Origin: Trichoplax sp. H2
Lineage: Eukaryota
DNA: 64,000 nt
Reading direction: 5' to 3'
Assembly: GCA_003344405.1 (NCBI GenBank)
Contig: NOWV01000018.1
Span: 434,001-498,000, forward strand
In this document: one piece after another, positions 54,862-64,000 of the stretch
How positions within the stretch are numbered: the first letter of the stretch is position 1
How the letters are laid out: every line of letters begins with the position of its first letter
Notes under the pieces: generated by a model
The model's database searches: none
Told to the model about the DNA's origin: nothing
What the model saw: the letters and a program-made list of their open reading frames with translations, nothing else
Program-made: the position numbers and the translations under genes

Positions 54862-57800
54862 CTAAATTTAGACAAAACAGAAACACGTTGAGTATAACAA
54901 TAATTTTTAGCCTACCGGAATATTAAAAAATAACACTAATATCATAAGACCAGAACATCGATAGTGATTCTTTCCATCATTATAAATTAAAACACAAGAT
55001 TTATGAAATAGGATATTTCAACCCTGGACGACTATCGGATCTTATTCTAGCAATACCGGATTACTTGTAACTATCAGTTACGGTTAAATACAATCCCGAT
55101 TTAAAACTACCAACAGATCGGCTAAGAAAGTTTTAATAATGAAAATGTAAATGTTTCTTCCCTAACTTCAATACAACTAAATATTAAGGTATTGGTTTTT
55201 TTATTTTACTATTGTATTACTATCATGGTTCACATCAACACATCAACTTTCATTAGCGATTTAACATTAACAATAAAATTAATTATAATCTAGTGCGAAT
55301 AGAATATATTTATACATCAATAGGACAAAAAGTTAGCGATGCTATCTTTTACTCCAACAAAATATTAAAATAACACGAATTCAAATTTAAGACCGCTGTA
55401 GTTCTAGTTCAATAGATAAGATTGTAAATCTTTTACGTTCGAATACAAGATTTCGGATATTAAAATATCGTTATGATAATTAAATGTACGATTCATGTTA
55501 GCGTAATTTGAGTCTTGATTATATGATGAAAAATCTTGCCATGTGTGATATGATGAAATCAGATAAATGGTACAGTACTGACTGTACTGTAAAGTATACC
55601 GTAGTGCTGTATATGATATGCGATATCAACCAATAATTATAATTTGAAACATATATTATTACATATTGACTTTAACGATACAGTAGAGCAGCAATTGAGT
55701 AAATAGAAAAGTTTGTCTACGCTCAGTCATAATGACCAAAATAACACAGCCGAGGTAGTAATAGTACTTGTGTATGGTTGATGAGAAAAGAATAACCACC
55801 GGAAAAAGTTATTTTACCAATTCGGCAATAAACAAAATCCTTTTAAATTAGTACATAATGCATATTGTGTTCGATGCCTGTTATAGAATTGAGTTGCCTA
55901 GAAGAGGCAAAAGAAAAGCTCTATAGAATTGCATTTGACATTTCGTAAATAGATCTTTGTCAAATACAATCGTAGATTTTGATATCCTTTCTAGGAGAAC
56001 GTAAATCACTATTTAATGTTGCGTCAAATTAGAAGAATTGCAAGATTTATAATCTTGTAACAGTGGAAAGATTGTTATTGAGCTCATTAATAATATTAAA
56101 TATATGATTATATAAAATAAAGGAGCACTTCTTTATTTAATTATCAACAGTTCTATCATGCTGTATAGCTAACAGGAAACAACAATGTAAAATAATAGCT
56201 ATCTTTTAAGACTACCACATAACAACTACGTAAAATGTACGCTTATACTACATAAGGTACTGATAAACTAGAGATATTTCTTAATAAATTCGTTAAATAG
56301 ATTGTATACTATAGCTGATTAATTATAATTATCAGCAGTGTACTAAATACTACCATTCAATATGCCAAGCTACGATAAGCACTAGACATACATACAGTAT
56401 TTACTCCTCTACCTGGTATAATACGATTTAACATGGTAATATTGTCATCAAGTCATTTCCTGAAACATTTATATAGGAGATTAAAAAAATTAAACGACTA
56501 GGAAGTCAATCATTTGAGTTCCTTATTTTGCTACTGCTTATTATTGACTATGATAAGACGATTAAAAAAATATTGTATTTAAACACAATAATTATAATGA
56601 ATTTTAATTACTAATGATGCAATCAGGGACTATTACTGCATAATATGATATCGGAAAGATACCGTGCTTCTGTTATTATTGCAGTTATTTAAAGGTTATG
56701 AGAGGTAGTAGAGATTTTAAAAAAAATAAATTAATCTATTGTTACGTCTGAAATCATCACAAAATTTCTTGACGTAATAGTGTACGTAAAATATGGTACA
56801 ACAGCAATTTCATATCTCTAATAATAATTAATTCCAATTAACTGGAAGCTACTTTTAAATTTAAAGTAAGGATAATACACCAATTTATGCAGTTGAAGAT
56901 GAAAAAATTTTTCCTCTAAAGTCTATACTTGATCCCATTGAATTTAACTGATGGTCATTATTGAAGTAAACACGATGAATTTACGACCTAGGTATGAAAA
57001 GTTAATCTAAATTGGGACGTTGTAATCATTGTCAGAAAACAGAATTAAGTACAAATAAGTGGTTGATATCAGAAATTATAGTAGCAACTATGACTGGGGG
57101 GAGGGGGCACTACAAAATTTTAATCCAAAAGAATTATAATATAATGAAAATAAGCAGATCCAATAGAGTTTGAAATCTTAAAGAGTGGTAATGTTACGAC
57201 TTTCATTCTATAATAATTATAATCAATTGACAAGCCGAGACTGATACGCTAGTGAAAGCTATGGTTAAGGATTTCCGATAAAAACTACGCGTATAATTAG
57301 ATTTTCTCGCATACGTCTTTTACCATTAGGAAGCTAGAAAAATATGGATTAAAATGTTCACGAATGAAACGACTGAAAGCACTGAATTATACGATCGATA
57401 TAATTCCTATGTGACGATAATAAATCTAAATAACTCTTACAGTCGAACGAAGTACTAGGCCAGTAGAACGTATATGTAGAAGTATTTACAGATCGAAGAT
57501 GGCATCGATGATCTCCGTTGTTGTCCATTTCTATCTAACAGTAGAAAATAACGGGAAAAAAGACCACTTTCTGATTGGGTATTAAAAGAACTTTCGGTTA
57601 AGGACCAATAGTCTAGCGGGTTTTTTCTTTTTACTCAGAAGGCAGCAATATTACCACTTAATTTTTACGATGGTAATTGAAAATACTCTTACGTTTTACC
57701 GATGCCAAAGTTAGAATTAAGAACTAAATGATGGGGATGATTAATCAGGTTGCAATCGTACTAGTAATCAGATCAGTTGCTCATCGTGTCATAATAAGCT

Positions 57801-59754
57801 AGCCCGATAAAATACTGGCATTTTTGAAGAAAGAAAAAACATGCAGGATGTGCAGCCCAAATTACCAAGATAGGAAAGTCAATCAGTATAGCACGAGTTC
57901 AATAGTTAATATAACAGTAATAGCATTTAGTCAAGTTATGTAACAGGCGTTGAGACAATTACTTGGCAATTGAGGAATTAAGAAAAATGAGTGTCAATTT
58001 TGGTATTGGATTTTCAACGTTCTACGAGTATAAATTGTAAGGCAAAAAGTATGAAAAAGTAAGGGTATCGATTTGGAATGGATCGAAGTCTTTTCGTAAA
58101 TTCTTCAAGTATATTAATGCAGTGCTTCTCATTAATCAATCCTTCAACGACGCTTGATTAACCGCCAACAAGTTGTAACACACATTTATCCTTTACATTA
58201 CTATAGTGCATTTAACTGTAGATGAATTTTATTCAAAATATACCCACTCGACAAAATCCAATAACAATTGCTGTAATAAGTTATACTTCATTGAAACGTA
58301 ATAAATTCAAATAAGCCAAAGGTATAGTGGGTTTTCTTGAACAACATAGCGCGTATACTGTACGCTGTAGCGAAACTGCTGTAAATGATCGATAATTTAT
58401 ACGTATATTAAATAGATTTTGTCCGACACGATCTCGATGTCATCGATGAATTAAAGCACCAATAAATTGGTGAGATGCACTTGACAAGATTGTATTCGAC
58501 TGGTGTTGATTTGGATTGACTACGGAGGCAAAAGCTACTACTATTGAGATGCGAAAGAAACGTTATCTTCTCCCGATTGTATCTGTTCACCAGTGTTGAT
58601 CACTGCTGGAATATTACTAGTATTCAAAGATGGAATAATAGCAAGACAAGCTTATTTACAGCTTTCAATATAGCAACTATGGTGTAGAATATTGCTCAAA
58701 CGTCATAAATTGTCAATCGCTGAATGTAACGGTTATCTACGTGTCCGCAAAAAATGAAACCCAGCAGGGGCAAACCAATGAAAGGTTGCTCGACGTTTGA
58801 CAGTTGTAATTGAATTACTAGCATGTGCTTGCATCAATGCAAGTTATTTACTCATTACCCAATCATCATCATTGGACTAATTTGCATCCAAAACAACACA
58901 AGTCTAAAGATCGTTTACATCAGATACACATTGCATATTTAAAAGCTTGTCTAGCTTCGCCATGTCCTACAAAGCATCACAGTAGGTTAATACCCTTGAC
59001 TTAACAATTTTAGAGGTTTTCTATCTATGGCGAATAGCTAGCTTAATTCACTTCAAAAGTCATTTTATATACAATCTAATTTATGGCAACATATGCATTG
59101 CCAAGTAGAATAATATGACGCTAAGTGTTGAGTGATAGGTCTTATTATAATCAAGCTACAACTGGAGTAAAATCAATAACGGTAAATGAAAATTAATGGC
59201 CTAGCGTTTGACTCATGAATAATAACTTGTACTAGTTAAGTATTTAGCATGTAATTTATCAAGACACTCAAGTCTTAATTCATGTAAAAGGGTTGTTTCT
59301 TTACGTTTGCAAAATTGTGCTTGAGTGTGGACATGAATATCTATTTCAAGTCTTGTGTTTTTAACATGCTGCTAGATAGTCTATCCTTATCCAATAAGCA
59401 CATTCATTTACAACATTGATGCAAAGTACTGTATACCAGCGACAAAGCTATTTATCAGTTAGTCTAGCTTATTGTAGCGTTATTGGAGATTGCCTACATG
59501 CAAAAAGTGAGAGACCCATTGGAAATGCATTTAGCAGCTTACGTAAGGTGTGTTAAAATTATGCACTAATGAATGAATTCATCAACTATGATCACTTGTA
59601 TGAAATATAGCCAGTATCTCTGGTCAGTAAGTCAGTACCTAGCTAAGCATCAAAAAGTAGCTGTTATTACAATATGCCAAAAGAGAAGTTAACCATTTTG
59701 AAAGTGGCCTCCTATTCCTCAGTCATTTGTTGATATTCCATGCTTATTAATCAA

Positions 59755-60015
59755 TGCAATAAAATCGATTTTTATACACTTTACTGTAGTATTCTATTAT
59801 TATGATAGGTAAATGCAAATAAAATCGATTTATTCGACACTCTACTGTCGTATATTACTGAAGTACACAGCATGAAGATGTGTTGGATCGTACTTAATTG
59901 AATGGTTGCAATAAAATCGAATTACTCTACACTCTACTGTCGTATATTACTGAAGTACACAGCATGAAGATGTGTTGGATCTTACTTCATTGAATGGTTG
60001 CAATAAAGTCGATTT
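59755..60015. repeat. Tandem repeat, 92-bp unit (2 near-identical copies plus a degenerate partial)
   Basis: ACACTCTACTGTCGTATATTACTGAAGTACACAGCATGAAGATGTGTTGGATC..TTGAATGGTTGCAATAAA at 59837 and 59929. Confidence 0.9.
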
Positions 60016-60559
60016 TACAGTCTACTGAGTCTGTCATTCATAAAGAAAGATTTTACTGGTTTATGAATTGATAATTAAGTAGTGTTACTTTACCCACATA
60101 TACCAACATGGTCATACTTCGCTATGTTTCTACAAGGTAGGCAACTTTAATCTCGATGTCTTATTCCATATATATGCATTTGATGTAATTCAATCCAGCA
60201 GGAATACAACACAGTATCCTCGCTTGCAAATAAATCACCACTACTGATACGTGTTGCACGCATATAGAGTACATGAATGCATGATATGTTCCATTCTTCA
60301 ACTTCTAACACCGAAGAGATCTATCCATCTTTGAAAAATTGGATGCTTATTCACAAATTGACAGTGATAATACAGATGGATACCTTGTCTATCTGTAAGT
60401 TAAGCCAGACATTGCTATTGACGAATAGTACAATAGGAATAATGTAGTGAAAACTACTGCACTTTCAACTGACGACAGTAGCAACTTTAGGACAAGGTAG
60501 ACCAACTTGGAAGGTCTTATACCAGAGACAAGAGTATGGTAAAAAAAAGTGGCCCTGTT

Positions 60560-62830
60560 GAAAAAGTCAGTCCAAATGCCAGTTGAAAAAGTACTTCACC
60601 GTCAAGTTTGAATGTCATTTTGGCAGAGGCAAGAGTACTTTACCAATGGACGTATTCAGCAAGAACGAATTGTGCTCTATAGGAACATCACTAGAATTTC
60701 ACGCGCATTCTATTTACTCACTAGAAATATTCACTTTCAATACCGATATTTACAGTGATAGCTTGGTTAAAATTTTCGGGAAAAGAAAGCTAGACGTGGC
60801 TGATAACAATCCCAAAAGTAAGAAATCATAGCGTTTGTGTTGATCGTTACCATTATTATAGAATTAATCCTCTTCAAATAGTGAATATTGGACGAATACC
60901 ACCCTGTCAAATGGTGCTTGTACTTAATTTCTTCCATCTCTTGGACATGACGACTACAGTACTACTGTTCGCATACACCTATGGCATTCCTCTATATCCT
61001 CTCCAGTACAATATAGTTTTAAGGTAGCGCGAGCAGACAGTAGCAAGTCATTACGCGGATCAAACCACTGCCCAATTTAGCATATTGAATTCTCCATCAT
61101 TAGAGTTTCAACGCTTTCAATTCTCGTCCTAAAATCAGTCGCACTTGCTTATCGCAGCCATCAAGCTTAGCGGTCATAAAAGGATGTATAGGATCAAGAG
61201 AACAATATCGTAAAACAATCTAAAATGGTGGGAAAAAAATGGTCTAGTAGGATTTGACAGCACTGTGTACCTACTGCTTGTGTGTTAAGGACTATAGTCG
61301 ACGCAATCATGTAGTGTTATGACAGTGGAGTACAAAAGTCTGATCTATTCTTGGTCTCCCAACTACTTGCTGTATAAGATAAAATATAAATGAAAGTCTA
61401 AAGTAACAGAGTGGAATGAAATGGTTATGCAGACTACAAAGTATATCAAACAGTAAGCTAATGGATTGATAAATTCACTTTTCCCTAATGTTAACTTCCC
61501 TACTGGTTTTCCTTCCTTGACCCATATGTAAGATGTGAATACTGTCCCAATCACGATGGGGTACACGCACTCCACTGTCCATTTTTATTGACAACTCGAT
61601 GCCATACTGAGCATCTTTTTAACAGCGCCATAACACTAATCCCCAACTACATTATAGGATAGTATCAAACTATCCAACTTGCTTGGTTATATTGATTGAC
61701 ATCATACAAAATACTATTTGATTGAGTTATGTATGGTTCCATAGGCAACGCTGAAAGCAATGTTTTCAATGCTGCCATGCAGTGCAACAGCAGTGGTTGA
61801 AAGTGCAAAAGTCCTTTTAAACCTCGTATGGACACAATAATCAATTTTACTTGCATAGTAATCCATTATTTTTTTATACCTTCTTGGAAGAGATTGATGG
61901 CCAACATCAAGTCTTTCTACAGTAATAACACTGCTACTATGAATGCGACTACAAAAATTACCCATGGAATAATCGATTAGACGCATATGAGTTATTACTA
62001 TGCAAAGGATTTCCCGCTCCAGTTAGCCATAAGTATTCTGTTTTAGGTACTTGAATGCATAAAATTGATGGACAGCATTACAATCTACTGTTGGGCATAC
62101 AGTACCAATAATAACAATAATCATAATATTATTACGCCATTGCTAACAAGAAGAAAACAACAAAGTCGATTATACGTTGAACAATTTAAAGCCTTGTACT
62201 CTTTTTTAATAATTGCGCGTTGACTAAAATTGGCCATGAATATAGATAGCACTATCATGCTAAGTCATAACCATGCTGTAACGGTACTAGCTTCATCATA
62301 ATATGGATAAATAATTCTACCAAGCGGGGTCCCTCAAGACACCGCCAAAAAAAACCATTATGCTTTAACTTGATAACGCTACAAAGAGAGAAAGTACTGA
62401 TACTGACTCTATCAAAAAAGTGGCATCGTTGTCGTTGGGAGGGATACATTTTAAACGTAGATGATTGGATATTATCATTGCAGATAGGTTATTAGTTCAA
62501 CATCATGCGTAACTCGTCTACCATGAAACCAATCGTTCTATCAACGGCAAAAAAGAAACAAGCGTTTCTCATCATTTCGTCATGTTGGTACAGTTCAATT
62601 GCATTATTATCCTTCAAAGCCAACAGGATACAGCTGCAGTATTCTATTAAATTGATTTTTTATCTTGGGAATAATTTGCTTGATAAATGGTTGAAATGTA
62701 GTCAAATCGAAAAACGCTATAGGTGTGTAATCATTAATTTCAAGTTGCGACCATCCCATCGCATTGATGTTTTTCAACTATTGGACAGTACTGTAGTTGT
62801 AGTCTATTCTAGGTCATACTGGTAAGTATG
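60560..62830 (-). mobile_element. Decayed Ty3/Gypsy-like retrotransposon pol relic (RT-RNaseH-IN)
   Basis: Frameshifted minus-strand motifs in Gypsy order: IDY (about 62805), FDLTTFQ (about 62705), YL.DNI (about 62475, cf. YLDDI), RCHFFDRV (about 62420, cf. KCxF), IIVSIRGLKGLLHFQPLLLHCMAALKTLLS (about 61840-61755, RNase H-like), YW..DIEECHRC (about 60990, integrase Zn finger) and PFDRV (about 60905, start of integrase core). Confidence 0.5.
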
Positions 62831-64000
62831 CTATGGGTGAATTGATAGTACAATTTGCATCTTCACTACATTTTTATCACATGTTCAGTTGTTACAAGGC
62901 CATCTAGTAAGTACAGGAAGTGCTTATTACACTATAAGTTGTATCATGACTTGAAAGAAACCTGCAATGCTTGTATATCCCACGATGTGAAGTAATATCA
63001 TTTTCTCATGATGGGTTATAAAAATAAAAAAATGATCAATTCAATCCCTCTCCGTACTCTACTGTACTACTGCAGAACAAGCATCATTTTGCCGATATAC
63101 ACTATTATGATCAAGATAAAAATCGTGGAGATGGCAAATAATTGAACATTAGACTTTCATACTACAGTAACTGCAATTTGTACGGCATAACAGCGTGCAG
63201 TCGATATTGAAGGGCAAATAGCAGCCAAACAGTGTTGTAGTCTCTCTCCTATGTTGCTATTTTGTGAACACCGTGCATGACAGTACACTACAATAATTAT
63301 AGATTACATAACAATGATATTGTATAATTAATTAAAAGTGAACATGGATGAAATATTAAGTAAAATAAGTTAGTAGCTTTAAAATAATAACAAATCCCCC
63401 ATATCTACACCTATAGTACCATAGGCAAGAAAGGTTAGCAGTCTACTCACCCATGTCGAAGGGCCGCTACCGACTTGAACTGTGATTCGAGGAGCTTTTT
63501 TAATCACTTGAATGGCGATAAAACACGGACAAAGTGTTGTCGCTGCAGTTGTCGATTCTAGCCGGGCCAGTATCCAAGATGGACTAGTCCAATACACAGT
63601 ACGTCAACAAATATCGTTGCACGTAAGCCCAATAATTTCTATATACAGTCAAAAAGGGGGAAAAAAAAAAAGATTTACAATCTTGAACGCTTGCTTCTCC
63701 TGCTCTTGATATAGCAAAATAATTGAGTATCCGATTCGTACAGTACAGTATGGTGTCAAGCAGTGGAATACGCAGAGTAAAGTAGAAAATTGCTGTTGGG
63801 TACTCGATGGACCGCAACAGATGCAAAGAAAAAAAAAAGTGCCAGCCGCTGTCCATTCTCAATAGAGTGGATGAAATTTGGACCTAGACAATTCTCCAGT
63901 ACAGTATAATTTTTACGGTCATGGTCTCTACTCACTGCTCAGTCAACTTGGATCAAGTAGTTGTGCCAACCGACTAATTTGGCCTTTGCAATGTCTTGCA

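Noticed and set aside
57570-57612. Opposed CCAAT boxes as the MAP3K promoter
   Set aside because: The MAP3K first exon was not located, so the link cannot be supported.

Overview
AT-rich, intron-dense animal genomic DNA with many short (about 80-130 nt) GT-AG introns. The style suggests a placozoan such as Trichoplax, but that is inference. Almost all short ORFs in the supplied track are exon fragments or noise, so genes were rebuilt by hand from splice sites. Contents: (1) the 3' end of an LRR-containing GPCR (LGR, RXFP/GRL101-like) at 25-1185; (2) four highly diverged paralogous multi-exon ARM-repeat genes (1752-4729 minus; 18710-24744, 30948-36356 and about 43458-48328 plus). Their residual motifs and exon phases indicate derivation from importin-alpha, probably the alpha3/KPNA3-4 type. 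They have no recognisable IBB domain and have lost most NLS-binding Trp/Asn residues. This cluster is the most interesting feature; (3) a MEKK2/3-type MAP3K with a PB1 domain (50985-54861 minus); (4) a solo LTR with a 5-bp TSD, two decayed Gypsy-like pol relics, a Helitron-like 3' end, a GC-rich palindromic 20-mer array, many degenerate minisatellites, and a duplicated segment across an N gap.
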